Positions 28,092 through 41,790 of a stretch of 64,000 nucleotides of DNA are shown here, one piece after another; position 1 is the stretch's first letter, and each line of letters opens with the position of its first letter. The notes under the pieces are model-generated. The model worked only from the letters and a program-made list of their open reading frames with translations, was not told where the DNA came from and made no database searches. The stretch covers positions 14,880,001 to 14,944,000 of the forward strand of contig OX597834.1 of the NCBI GenBank assembly GCA_951406725.2. The letters run 5' to 3'. The position numbers were made by a program, and so were the translations under genes. Origin of the DNA: Octopus vulgaris (Eukaryota).

Positions 28092-28136
28092 GGTGGTGGT
28101 GGTGGTGGTGGTGGTGGTGGTGGTAGTAGTAGTATT

Positions 28137-28325
28137 ATGGACAAGAATGAAAGGACTGGAGACAGATACTTTTCTCTTCGGCCAAGCCCCCGTTGACATT
28201 TTCGAGTTCCACTTGAAAAGGAAAGTGTGGTTGGGGAAGTCCAGTCCTCCTGTAAATCTGTTGAAAGGTGGGTGAATGGAACGATGATGGCTCGGTTGAA
28301 TGGGGCTATTCTGAACTTTTATTTG
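28137..28325 (+). mobile_element. LINE ORF2 C-terminal relic (probable L1/Tx1-like)
   Basis: WTRMKGLETDTFLFGQAPVDIFEFHLKRKV, frameshift, EVQSSCKSVERWVNGTMMARLNGAIL; homologous to 778-960. Confidence 0.55.
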
Positions 28326-28444
28326 TACACTGGAGTAGGTGAAAAGGACAGAGCAACCTGCTGAGGTGCATTTGGCAAACGAGATTACCAGAATGGGTGG
28401 GGCTACTTTGTTGTACGTGAGAAGCACTGCCGCTACGTTCATAT

Positions 28445-28515
28445 ATATCCCATGGGCCTTGAGTAACTAATTATGTGGGACACTATCAAACACTTCCCTG
28501 TAGTCTAGAAAATGA
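28445..28515 (-). mobile_element. Non-LTR reverse transcriptase motif fragment
   Basis: Manual translation FLDYREVFDSVPHN*LLKAHGI resembles the xDxxKAFDSVxH RT motif. Confidence 0.65.
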
Positions 28516-28882
28516 AGAAATATTGTCACAGTTGAAGAAAGGCAGCTGGCCGAAACGTTAGAGTGTCAAAAGAACAAACTATTTTGTGCATCTCTTTCTA
28601 TATTTTACACTCTTGAGTTCATATTCGCCTAGTTCAACTTTGACTTCCATCCTTCCCGGGTCGATAAGATAAGGTACTGGTTAAGTACTACATATATATA
28701 TGTGTGTATGTATGTTCGTGTATGTTTGTATGTATGTGTTTGTGCGGTTGTGTGAGTATGCATGTAAGTAATTTTACTTCTGCTGTAAAATGTATTCTGA
28801 GCAAAAATACAGACATATATATATACATACGTATATATGTGTTTGTTTGCGTGTATGTGTGTGTTTGCACATGTATATATCA

Positions 28883-28942
<60 letters not shown>

Positions 28943-29546
28943 GCGGTCATATAGATGTATATATATTTACATATATATATATATATATATACATATACAA
29001 ACTTATATACATGCACTTACGTACATACATACATACATACATACATACATACATACATACATACATACATGCACACATATCCATGAGTGCAAAATTTTCA
29101 ATTAATTTCTGTTTTGAACTCATTCTATCAAACCACCAATATCACATTGACCCCGACGACTTCAACAAAATTATTCTTGCAAACCCAATTATCAAATATT
29201 GTAATACAAACTAACCAATATCTAAAGCTTTGACCACAGTGACCATCAGCGGCCATCTCACTAGTAATTCCTTCCCAGCCGCCATTCGATTTACTCTCTG
29301 AATATCACTTGTTCGTGAATTACATCATAATCCAATTAGCTTCAGCGACTACTCATAGGTCACCGTTCAATGAAATTGTATTTAACTCCGGTGCATTTAA
29401 GTATAATTGCTAATGTACTGATGCATTCGTGTACAAGTCTGCATAGACATATATATATACATATATATATATGTGTTTTTATATATATATATATGTATAT
29501 ATATATAGACGTATATACACAAGTATGCTCTCATGTTTATATATAT

Positions 29547-29772
29547 ACTCTTTACTCTTTTTACTCTTTTACATGTTTCAGTCATTTGACTGCGGCCATG
29601 CTGGAGCACCGCCTTTTAGTCGAGCAAATAGCCCCCGGGACTTATTCTTTGTAAGCCCAGTACTTATTCTATCGGTCTCTTTTTGCCGAACCGCTAAGTG
29701 ACGGGGACGTAAACACACCAGCATCGGTTGTCAAGCAATGCTAGGGAGACAAACACAGACACACAAACACAT

Positions 29773-29806
<34 letters not shown>

Positions 29807-29962
29807 ATATATACGACAGGCTTCTTTCGGTTTCCGTCTACCAAAGGCATTGGTCGGCCCGGGCTATAGCATTGGACACTTGCCCAAGGTGCCACGCAGT
29901 GGGACTGAACACTGAACCATGTGGCTGGTTGGCAAGCTACTTACCACACAGCCACTCCTGAG

Positions 29963-29966
<4 letters not shown>
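29547..29966 (-). mobile_element. SINE family A
   Basis: Family A consensus match. Confidence 0.93.
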
Positions 29967-30011
<45 letters not shown>

Positions 30012-30015
<4 letters not shown>

Positions 30016-30240
30016 CTTTAATGCCCACAAGGGGCTACACGCAGAGGGGACAAACAAGGACAGACAAACAGATTAAGTGTATTACATCGACCCCAGTGCG
30101 TAACTGGTACTTAACTTATCGACACCGAAAGGATGAAAGGCAAAGTCGACCTCGGCGGAATTTGAACTCGGAACGTAACGACAGACGAAATACGGCTACG
30201 CATTTCACCCGGTGTGCTAACGTTTCTGCCAGCTCACCTT
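30012..30240 (-). mobile_element. SINE family B, full length
   Basis: Head, central gtcgac..tttcatcc domain and tail all present. Confidence 0.93.
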
Positions 30241-30243
30241 ATA

Positions 30244-30279
<36 letters not shown>

Positions 30280-30356
30280 TGTATGTATGTATGTATGTAT
30301 GTATGTATATTATTAGATAATCGATTGGGAAGGCAGGGTGTACTGTAACATTTCTT

Positions 30357-30464
30357 TAGCAAGACGATCGTTTCGGCTTACATCTACGCTGCTCCCTAGT
30401 GAGTGGGGAACGGTATAGAGGAATCAAATGCATCCCACAGTGCAGCAGAAACCTCATCAGGCTA
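30357..30464 (-). ncRNA. Type I hammerhead motif with about 80-nt stem II extension
   Basis: tagc-CTGATGA-ggttt..aagcc-GAAA-cgatcg-TC/ttgcta; palindromic ACGATCGT; stem I imperfect (2-nt offset). Confidence 0.75.
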
Positions 30465-30919
30465 CATAATACCTAAGAGTGTTATAATATGTTTATTTCG
30501 CTACTGTGTATGGCAGGATGGTGTTGCTAGGATGCGTGAGTTTTTTTGCTTGTCTGTGGACAAGATATCACAAGAACCGCTTGAGGGATTCGGATGAAAT
30601 AGTAGTTCACAAATCCATTAATGAGACAGGATGTTTGTGGGTGTATTCTGTGCGTGGCTTCTAGAGAATCCAAAGAATCTAATTCAAAGAACAAATGGAA
30701 AGTCCAGAATGTCTTTTGAATTAAAGGTTTGGGCATTTTGTGATGATTGGTCACGTGTATCATTCGTTGTAACATGGATACACAAACATACGCACTCACA
30801 CATACGTACATATATATATATATATGTGTGTGTGTGTTTGTGTGTGTGTATGTGTATACTGATACGCACACACACACACTTTTATATTTATATGCGTACA
30901 CAGATACATATATATGAAC

Positions 30920-31655
30920 ACATATAAAAACAATAAAATGAATTAAATTACAATGAATATGAGACGGGTTTTTTGGTCCCGCTCCGAGACGAAACCGTAA
31001 TTTCTTTTTTACAATTAAACATTCTAACAGTCTTTTCCTTTTTTTTCCTTTTCTTGCTCGTTCTTTTTCAAAGTCTTTTTTTTTTTTTTGGGGGGATCGT
31101 TTTTTTCCTTTTTTCTTTAAACTTTTTAACAGTATATTTTCCTCGTTTTTTTTTTATGAAGTACAAATTTTACTTGATTTTTAAATGTTCATAAAGGGTT
31201 TCAAATCTTCTAATTCTACGACCGGCGTGAGGCGTGAGCTCGTCAAACTCGACTTCAACCCCCAGCGGGTCTATGAAAAGTCCATACACCTCCCTCAATT
31301 TCAAAACTCTCTCTTTATCTACGACTATTCCTTTAGTGTATTCCGGGTATTTTCCTGGCAGCACCCTTACTCTTATTACCGATTTATATTTCACAATCGT
31401 TTTCTCTATTCCATTACTTTTGGAACACGTGGCCAAATACCACATGTATCTCTTCCTTTTCACTTCTGCTTCTTTCGGCTCCCGTCCTGATTTGTTCGGG
31501 CGTATAGAAACATCATAAACAATTTTATCAACGCTTCCTGTTTCTTCCTGTTGTAATGCTGTTTTTTCCTGTGTGCCTTCTTACACTACTGCTTCCGTTG
31601 GTGCTTCACACCTATTTCTCTTTATTTCCGTCACAATCTCTTTTAGTCTCTTTTA
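30920..31655 (-). pseudogene. Orphan ORF remnant of a probable retroposon (frame open 31580-31170, in-frame stop at 31581-31583) with A-rich 3' UTR
   Basis: ..EPKEAEVKRKRYMWY..KGIVVDKERVLKLREVYGLFIDPLGVEVEFDELTP..; homologous to 2323-2487. Confidence 0.65.
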
Positions 31656-31701
31656 ACTGTCTGGGGGAGATGTTAAAATTTAAAAACCAATTTTAATATA
31701 T

Positions 31702-32745
31702 ACTCTTTTACTCTTTTACTTGTTTCAGTCATTTGACTGCGGCCATGTGGAGCACCGTTTTTCTGTCCCTCTTTTCCCGAATACTTATTCGATCCTTCTT
31801 CCAAGAAATTTATTCTCGTTGCTTAGTCTCTTTCTTGGGGGCTGGCCGGATAACGGAGCGACATAAATCAGCCGAAATTGCTAGGATGATCCGGTCCTTG
31901 ACTGAAGATTGAAGGCTTCGAATATCCCGTCCGTGTTTTTTGTATCGCCTTCTAAATGTTTTAATTCTTGTCCCAGTTTGTAATTTTCTACTTATAATAT
32001 ATATATATATATGCATATATACAACGGGCTCCTTTCAGTTTCCGTCTACCAAATCCACTCACAAGGCTTTGGTCGGCCCGAGGCTATAGTAGAAGACACT
32101 TTCCCAAGGTGACACACAGTGGGACTGAACCCGGAACCATGTGGTTGGTAAACAAGCTACTTACCACACAGCCACTCCTGCGCCTATATCCGTACCATCG
32201 TTTCGCACAGTAATATTAACATGCAAATAACATGGTAGAATAATTAGAAATTAATTTGATTTAATTTAGTTAATCTTACGCCAGTAAGCTACCAACGAAA
32301 TATGAAGAATATTTGTTAGAAATTGCCTCTTTGGAACCCTTCAAAATAAAGAGGAGTGGCTGTGTGGTAAGTAGCTTGCTTACCAACCACATGGTTCCGG
32401 GTTCAGTCCCACTGCGTGGCACCTTGGGCATGTGTCTTGTACTATAGCCTCGGGTCGACCAATGCCTTGTGAGTGGATTTGGTAGACGGAATCTGAAAGA
32501 AGCCTGTCGTATATATATATGTATATGTGTGTTTGTGTGTCTGTGTTTGTCCCCCTAGCATTGTTTGACAACCGATGGTGGTGTGTTTACGTCCCCGTCA
32601 CTTAGCGGTTCGGCAAAAGAGACCGATAGAATAAGTACTGGGCTTACAAAGAATAAGTCCCGGGGTCGATTTGCTCGACTAAAGGCGGTGCTCCAGCATG
32701 GCCGCAGTCAAATGGCTGAAACAAGTAAAAGAGAGTAAAAGAGAG
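31702..32745. mobile_element. SINE family A pair: interrupted minus copy (31702-31760 and 32017-32186) and full plus copy (32352-32745)
   Basis: Family A consensus; head-to-head arrangement. Confidence 0.9.
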
Positions 32746-33039
32746 GAAATCGAACTCAACCTTTTCACACACACACACATACATATATATGTCAGTTAAG
32801 ATCTCTGAAACTGCAAAGCGTGGTTAAAACAATAAAAACAAACATTTAAACGCAAAATCGTAAGAAATTGCTCTGATTTGGCACGTTCTTATTGATGCCA
32901 AGTCAGATAAATATATGAGTGAAGGTTTCGTCAGATAATCATTCAGAAATCTGCAAATCTTCACCAAAACAATTTTCTCTTCTTGACCTGTCGAACACTA
33001 CACAATATACCACCAAATTGTTGTTGATGTTGTTGTTGT

Positions 33040-33178
33040 TGTTGTTGTTGGTCTTCCTCTACTCTTTATTCTTCTACTTCCTTTTCTTTCCCTCCTTCAT
33101 CTTTTTTTCAATGTTCTTCATGTTTTCTCTCTTCATTCTCCTTCATTTTCTTTCTTCATCTTCTTCTTCTTCTTCTTC

Positions 33179-33213
<35 letters not shown>

Positions 33214-33660
33214 TTTCTTCTTCTTCTTCTTCTTCTTTTTCTTCTTCTTCTTCTACTTCTTCTTCATACTTCTCCTTCATTCTTCTTCTTTCTTCTTTTC
33301 CTTCTTCTTCTTTTTCTCCCTCTTCTCCTTTTTCTTCTTCTCCATCTTCTGCTTCTCCTTTGTCTTCATCGTCTTCATCCTTCTTCATTTTCTCCTTCAT
33401 TCCCCTTCTTCATTTCTTTCTCTTTTTCTTTCTATTTCTTCCTTTTCTTCATTCTTCTTTTTCTTCTGATATTGCTGATATTTTTCATAATCGTCTTATA
33501 CTACTACTGTTGTTACTGCTGTTGCAACTGCTGCTGTTACTAGTAATACAATTGCTGCTGCTGCTACTCCTCCCCCTCCCCCTCCTCCTCCTACTACTAC
33601 TACATCTAACAGTACTTCTACAACAACAACAGCAACAACAACAATATTACTACCATTATA
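33040..33660. repeat. Degenerate (TTC)n/(TAT)n/(CTG/CAA)n region
   Basis: Direct reading; source of the 290-aa low-complexity ORF. Confidence 0.9.
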
Positions 33661-34391
33661 TCATCATGGTTTCCATCTTTCTTGTTTTAATCAAAAATTC
33701 AGACCTAGGGAACCAAAGTCCACCACCAATAAGATCTATTCCAGCAGTGACCTTTACAACTTCGCCTTTACTACATCACGGTGTATCTTGAATTACAGTA
33801 TTTCCTTTCTACGTTTCTCTTCCAAACACTACGACGTAGATCGAAGTTGAGTTGTCTATTACTTCTCGACTACAAGCAACATACAGTGTCTAAACAAGAT
33901 TAAACTTACTCATAAATTATGAATGATAGCCGTTGATTAAGACGTACACTTTTTCTTAATAACATAAGAAGCTATAAGCTAAAACTAATTTGATCCATTA
34001 TCAAATTTCAGCGTATCTTTGTCAACGTCTAGCTTAGTATGACACGTCCTTCATCTGATAAAATATTTCAAATCCATTTTGAAGTGTAAACTGTTCAATC
34101 ACTTCAGTCCGAGTAGTTTGATAATATATATTTCTATAGCGCTTAGAGCAGATTTGGCTTGAAACGGCGTTCTTTTATGAAATAATCTGTCATCTATATT
34201 CAAATAAAGCAAAGCAGACGACATTTATACCGGCAATGTCGAAATGATTGAATATGAATTTTACCTGCTTATATTAGGAAAATGTCAAACATGTTGGCTT
34301 GTACCATATTGATATTAGCAGTATTTTAGTCACCTCGTGCTGAAAGCATTTATTAGTAATGGATTATATCATATTAAAAATATATAAACTT

Positions 34392-34428
<37 letters not shown>

Positions 34429-34471
34429 TCCACCTGCCTTCGTCTTTTGTTTATTTTCATAAAGCTTCCCG

Positions 34472-34534
<63 letters not shown>

Positions 34535-34619
34535 TATACACATATATTTATATATATACATATATATATATATATACACATATATATACATACATATATA
34601 TATACATATGTATATATAC

Positions 34620-34674
<55 letters not shown>

Positions 34675-35071
34675 TTTATAGGCGTCGGAGTGTCTGTGTG
34701 GTAAGTCGCTTGCTTACAAACCACTTGGTTCCGGGTTCAGTCACACTGTGTGGCACCTGGAGTGGGGCAAGTGTATTCTACTATAAATAATGTAATATTA
34801 TACATAATTCCTCATCTTTTAAATGTAGAAATGAATTATTTCATCGGTGAAAAAAAAAAAAAAAGAAATGAAAAAATAACAAAACTGAACACTTTAGCGA
34901 TTAACAATAAAGGACCGAACTAGTGCGTGTGTTTGTTATTACCGGCATAATGCCCCTCCGTAGGTTCAATAGTATATATATACTGTCTCTTATACATATA
35001 TATATATATATATATATGTATAAGAGACAGACAGGGAGGCAGTCAGAGAAACGGCAGATGAACAGACAGTC

Positions 35072-35072
<1 letters not shown>

Positions 35073-35115
<43 letters not shown>

Positions 35116-35180
35116 TGATAGATAGATAGATAGATTGATAGATAGATAGATAGATAGATTGATAGATAGATAGATAGATT

Positions 35181-35210
<30 letters not shown>
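35073..35210. repeat. (GATA)n tetranucleotide repeat (also 35902-36140 and 37440-37595)
   Basis: Direct reading. Confidence 0.96.
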
Positions 35211-35211
<1 letters not shown>

Positions 35212-35339
35212 CCTTTACTTTATCGATTTTCCTGGATCGATAAAGTAAAGTACCATTTTACACTGTAGTCGATTCACACACAAACACAATCATATAAATA
35301 AATTAATTCTAACACTTCGCATTAATTCTAACATTTCGC

Positions 35340-35901
35340 TCTGATTTCAAATGCTGCCGAGGTTGAATTTGCCCTTCATCCATTCGGGATCGATATAATA
35401 AGTACCAGTTGTGCATTGGGACTGATTGAATCTGCCCACCCCCGGAATTGCTATCCATGTGCCAAAATTAGAAACCATTGTTAACTTATCTCTATATATA
35501 TACCGTGATCTAATATCAAAACATTTATATACATGCACATATATACATACATATATACACACGCACACGCACATATATACATACATACATGCATACACGT
35601 AGATATATTTATTTATAACCCACAGGGGGCTAAACATAGAGGGTATACTTGAACTCAGAACGTAGCGGCAGACGAAATACATATTTCTTTACTACTCACA
35701 ATGAACTAAACACAGAGATGACAAACAAGGACAGACATGCGGATTAAGTCTATTATATCGACCCCGGCGCGTAACTGGTACTTATTTAATTGACACCGAA
35801 ATAATGAAAGGATAAGTCGACCTCGGCGTAATTTGAACTCAGAACGTAGCGGCAGACGAAATACTGCTAAGCATTTCGCCTGGCGTGGTAACGTTTCTGC
35901 C
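35340..35901. mobile_element. SINE family B copies (35340-35480 +; 35610-35901 -, with partial duplication)
   Basis: Family B central domain and tail. Confidence 0.85.
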
Positions 35902-35946
<45 letters not shown>

Positions 35947-36043
35947 CAGATAGATAGATAGATAGATGGAGAGATAGGTAGATGGAGAGACAGATAGACG
36001 GAGAGATAGATAGATAGATAGAGGGAGAGATAGAGAGATAGAC

Positions 36044-36126
<83 letters not shown>

Positions 36127-37527
36127 CAGACTACAGACAGGCAGACAACTAGAAGACAAAACGTGACCGGCTTTTATGCACCATTGCAAAAATTATTTTC
36201 ACTGCTGCGTTTGCAGTACAAAAAGCACTTAAAAGAATTAATTCTGCCATAATTTAATATAACTGATTGTGAGATTAGGCCATTCGTCTTGAATTACTTA
36301 ACTCGTTAGTCCCTGTTTGGCTTTGCTGACATGGATAATGGTTGATATGTGTAGTAGATGTTGCAGCCGATGACGGCGGCCGGTGGCGATAGCGTGTTTT
36401 GTGTGAGAGAAAGCCATAAACCTTTAATATAGAAGTATTTCAAGAAATTAATCTCAATAACTAGTTGCATTAACCAGTCTACTGTTTACATTATCTTGTT
36501 GATTTTCCACGTTCCTGAGATGAGAGTTGATCAATCAAGCAAATTAACATTGGTTTGTCGTGAGTGGATTGGCGATACTGGCATATGCTTCCAATAAAAT
36601 AAATTATGCAGGTCATTATTATTATTGTGGTTGCTGCTGTAGTTTCCCCTGTTTGTTGTTGTTGTTGTTGTTGTTATTGTTTGATGTAGACGTGCTCCAA
36701 TTAGCTCGATAGAGAAATTAGATTTATAGCAGACACGGATTTTAATGGAATAAATTTACTTCGAATAATTTCACTGCGGGCAAAACTTTGGAAATAGTTG
36801 TCCAGTGTCTGGTCTCTTCGATTTCGTTTCGGACTGGAAAAATAAGTTTAGAATTCCTGCCTATCTTCTGCTTTTGCGTTTACATCGATTCCGCATTACG
36901 TATCGATCCCGAAAGGAATAAAATGTACATTCGACGTCAGTGGAATTCGAACGCAGAACGTAAAACCGGAAGATATGCCGCTTGTATTTGTATGAATTTT
37001 GTTTTCCCATTTTTCTAAGAAGTTCCTTGCGCTAAGGAGAGATAAGGTGTGGTGGTACCAACAAAAGCAACAAGAGACTACCCACAAATACAATATGGGA
37101 GAATACTTTCATATATAGAGTTTAAGAAAAATATTTATATCTTTATTGCTCATGGGGGTTGGCTAAAGATAGAGTGACAGACAAAGGGATTAAAACGATT
37201 ACATCGAACCCAGTGCGCAACTGGTTCTTATTTAATTGGCTCCGAAAGGATGAAAGGCAAGTACTAGTTGTGCATTGGGGCTGATGGAACCACTACATTC
37301 CTCCCCGGAATTGTTGTCCATGTGCCAAAATTTGAAACCTTTGTTAACTTATCTCTATATACATCTTGATCTCAAATCAAACATTTATATACATGCACAA
37401 ACATACACGCACATATATACATACATACATACACACACGTAGATAGATAGATAGATGCATAGATAGATAGTTAGATAGATAGATAGATAGCTAGATAGAT
37501 AGATAGATAGATAGAAAATAGATAGAC

Positions 37528-37596
<69 letters not shown>

Positions 37597-37725
37597 TGTT
37601 TCTTTATTAGCCACACAGGCCTGCACACAGACGGGACAAATTACAAAGTAGAGCTTTTCTTTTGGGGAATAAAAAAGGGGGTTTGGTTTTCGATCAAAAG
37701 GGATCGTAAAAGGAAAGGAAGAGAA
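37597..37725 (-). mobile_element. 3' end of a retroposon whose tail resembles SINE family B
   Basis: Minus strand ends aatttgtcccgtctgtgtgcaggcctgtgtggctaataaagaaa; inserted within (GATA)n. Confidence 0.6.
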
Positions 37726-38999
37726 AAGCAAAAAAAAAAAAAGCAAAGATAGATAGATAGATATATTCATAGATATACAGATAGATAAATATCTCAAAGA
37801 ATTCTACTCGTGACATTTGAACTTCGAAACGTACAAAAGAAAAGCTAGTTGGTTGGCATTGAGATCGAAGTGCGTTGCGAACTCACACACTGCTCAGAGA
37901 GCGAACATAAATTAACGAATGACCGCTTGTTTTGATCTTGAGAAATCTATACGCGTAAAAGGCAGCGTTAAAAAGAAAAAAAAAAGCAGAGAACATCTAA
38001 ATCCAGTACAGTCGATTGGATTCTAGAAATTAAAAAAAAAAAAAGCTGCTTACCTCTCATCGAGATTAAAGCTAGAAAGTTAAAAAAAAAAAAAAAAACA
38101 TTAGATGAAAGCAAATCCACGCAAGTTAGTTTCTTTTGCTATTTACGATCTACGAGAGAAAGCGAAGATAGTTCCTTAGTTTTGAAAACAGACATTGGAG
38201 AAGAAAGAAGTGAAAATGTCTATTTAACATATCATGCGATAAAAATCAGATGTTGTTTTGTTCGATATTTCTCAGATATCACTTGATTAAATCCGGATAT
38301 CCTTTTCTTTTAAACAACAGTATTTTCTAAATGTGGAAACTATGCCTATATATATTTATTTTATTTTTTATTTTCGTTCGTTTATTTATTTATTTATCTA
38401 TTGACTCCTTTTTCTTCAGGATATTGTATGGAAACAACAAACACGAATGAACTGTTAACCCTTGCTGTTCACACAGGTTTTACCTTTCTTCCAGCCATGA
38501 ATTTTGTACAATTTTGTTAACATCCAGTGAAAAGAAACGAAACCAACCCCCTCAGTGTGTGTTTACTCTTTGACCTTGTTCTCTGCAATGGTAATATATG
38601 ATCTGCAAAGTAAACCGAATCACCCAAATGCTTACTGTTTTGCATTAACTTTATACAAACGCACTTATAACTGAAAATTCAATTTCTGTCAGTATATTTT
38701 GTACAAGGAGCTTAGATTTGATTTAAACTACTGGAAGTCGAAATTTGGATTCAGTTCGAAGATAAAGTAATACCATTTCATCTGTGTGTTCAAAAGTAGT
38801 TCTTATAGAAGTTGTTAGATGTGTAAAATGGTATACTAAATATTCGGGAAAGGAGGAATATATTATGGGCAAAATAAAAAGAATCGCCAAAGTTTCCTGC
38901 ACGAACAAGTACTTACTATGCGTTATGTGACATGAGATTACGTGGCGCTGCTCGTTGTAAACTTTAGACATCTTAAGTCAGAAGGTCAATCAGCCATTC

Positions 39000-39050
39000 T
39001 CACGCAAAAACATACACATACACAGACACACGCTCACACACACACACACA

Positions 39051-39105
<55 letters not shown>

Positions 39106-39520
39106 GCACACTAACAAACTTCTCTCTCTGATACACATCACAGTCAGTCTCACACGCACACACATTGATAATCCCACTCTCTCTCTCTCTCTCTCTCTCT
39201 ACCTCTCTGACACACACACACACCTCCTCTCCTCACACACACCCTCTCTCTCACAACATGCTCTCTCTCTCTCTCACAGGCACACTCACACACTTCTCTT
39301 TCTCTGTCTCTCTGATACACACACATACGGTCACTCTCACCCGCACACACATTCAAACTTCCTCTCTCACTATCTCTGACACACAGACACACACACGCAC
39401 ACTTCCTCTCCTCACACACACTCTCTCTTACAACACACACACACACTCTCTCCTTCACATGCTCTCTCTCTTTCCTTCTCTCTCTCTTTCTCTCTCTCTT
39501 CCTCAAACACACACATTTAT
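39000..39520. repeat. Compound (CA)n/(CT)n region
   Basis: Direct reading. Confidence 0.93.
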
Positions 39521-40058
39521 ATATTCTCTATTACCTCCAGTCATTAGAGTGGCGTCATGCAAGGGGACTACCTTGAAAGGTTTAGCTGAACAAATCAAAC
39601 CCTGTACTTATTACCTGATCCCTCATACGTATTCTATCGAACACATAAGAGGAAGAACTAAGTTAAGGGGTCATAACTGACCCCCACTTCTATCACTCTT
39701 CTAACGCCCCCCCCATCAGATCCACATACATACATCTACATATATATGTGTGATGAAAAGCTTGATTCCAAACTACATGATTCCGGGTCCAGTCTCACGG
39801 CGTGGCACCATAGGCAAGTGTTTTCCACTATTGTCACAAGCCTATCAAAGCCCTGTGAGTGGATTTGAAAGACGGAAACGGAAAAAGTCTATCATATACA
39901 AACATGGCTCCAGGAACAATAACACATTACAAAATTCAGTAAGAACACTATACCACTATACCTATGTATTTCTAAAGTACTTTTAGCTTTTCTCTTATTT
40001 TCAGCTACCGACGAGTACTTTTTGACAACTCTGTATGTGTGTATGTGTATATAAGGCG

Positions 40059-40136
40059 TCTCGCTGATGAAACCGGCCTTAGCAAACATATTCTGTCTGT
40101 TTTGCTAGAAAGAGGTAGAAACTGATCAGTCCGGGA
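40059..40136 (+). ncRNA. Type I hammerhead ribozyme with extended stem II
   Basis: tctcg-CTGATGA-aacc..tagcaaa..tttgcta..ggta-GAAA-ctgatcag-TC/cggga; perfect palindrome ACTGATCAGT and GUC at 40129-40131. Confidence 0.85.
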
Positions 40137-40325
40137 TATATCGTTAATGGTAAATGTTTTTGATTTTCACTCTCGATGAATTTATCCCTTTTTTGTGTCC
40201 CTAGCACTTGGCATCCTTATTTGGGAGCCCTTAATTATATTTCTATATGAATAATATTTTGTCTAATGACTAATTCGTCTTTTGTGCTGGGCCACTGGTA
40301 GTAATCTATGTTATACCCTTTTTTG

Positions 40326-40396
<71 letters not shown>

Positions 40397-40450
40397 CTCT
40401 GTGTGTGTTTGTGTGTGTTTGTGTGTGTGTGTGTGTATGTGTGTGTGTGT

Positions 40451-40758
40451 GGAGGCGCAATGGCCTAGTGGTTAGGCCAGCGGACTCGCGGCCGTAGCAT
40501 CGCGGTTTCGATTCCCAGACCGGGCGTTGTGAGTGTTTATTGAGCGAAAACACCTTAAAGCTCCACGAGGCTCCGGCAGTAGATGGTGATCCCTGCTGTA
40601 CTCTTCCACCACAACTTTCTCTTACTCTTTCTTCTGTTGGCATGCTCGCTTAGCCAGCGGGGTGGCGTCATTCGAAGGCTAAAACAATGCGAAGCGCATT
40701 GTGACCAGCGATGTGTAACAACATCTGATAGCCTAGTCGGTCACATTATCACGTGATA
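40451..40758 (+). mobile_element. SINE family C (tRNA-derived), tail type 1
   Basis: A box tggcctagtgg, B box gtttcgattccc, shared body gctccacgaggctccggcag. Confidence 0.9.
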
Positions 40759-41040
40759 TATGTATGTATGTATGTATGTATATGAGAGGAAGAGAGAGAG
40801 AGACACTCAGTGAAAGACAGATAGACAGACGGAGAGCGGACATCGTTCAGTCTGAGTCAATCAAACCTCCTCACAAAGATTTAGTCAGCCCATGGTTGTA
40901 GTACGCAATACTTGCCCAAAGTGCCACACAGTAACACTTAACCCAAGACAACGTGGTTGCGAAACAAGCTTCTCTTCTTAACCACACCTATACCCACACA
41001 CATGTATATACATATACACACATACATATATATATATACA

Positions 41041-41756
41041 TACTCTTTTTACTCTTTTACTTTTTTCAGTCATTTGACTGCGGCCATGCTGGAGCACCGC
41101 CTTTAATCGAGCAACTCGACCCCGGGACTTATTCTTTTGTAAGCCCAGTACTTGTACTATCGGTCTCTTTTGCCGAACCGCTAGGTAACGGGGACATAAA
41201 CACACCAGCATCGGTTGTCAAACAATGCTAGGGGGACAAACACAGACACACAAACACACACACATATATATATACATATATACGACGGGGTTCTTTCAGT
41301 TTCCCCTCAACCAAATCCACTCAAGGCTTTGGTCCGCCCGAGGCTATAGTAGAAGACACTTGCCCAAGGTGCCACGCATTGGGACTGAACCCGGAACCAT
41401 TTGGTTGGTAAACAGGCTACTTACCACACAGCCACCCCTGCGCCTATGTATATAAACACACATATATATATACACACACACACACACACAAAACACACAC
41501 CAGACACCCATGTATGTATATATATATATGTGTGTGTATAGGGAACTCCACTTCGCTGGTAAAAATGAGTAGAGTTTGTATTTTAAAGAGCCATCCTTGT
41601 CAAACATTTGTATCACGTTAGCCCTTCCTGAGAATTACGTTATGGATGCGCGTATCTATGGAGTGCTCAGCCCCTTGCTCGTTAATTTTACGAGCTGGCT
41701 GGGTGTTCCACTCATCAAAATAACTGGAACCCTCATCGTCGAAACTGACGGAGTGC

Positions 41757-41790
<34 letters not shown>

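Noticed and set aside
28531-28565. ttgaaga..ggc..gcc-gaaac-gtt, an apparent hammerhead
   Set aside because: It is the decayed head of a SINE B copy (28540-28685); no stem I.
31840-31935. ggctg..cagcc-gaaa and ctgaaga..gaag.cttc-gaat motifs in a (TA)-tailed insert
   Set aside because: Neither has a complete core plus stems I and III; possibly decayed HHRs but unsupported.
40451-40520. tRNA genes at SINE heads (also 23750-23821, 45980-46039, 56217-56270)
   Set aside because: A and B boxes are present, but I could not build complete cloverleaves and they are joined to repeat bodies; treated as SINE heads.
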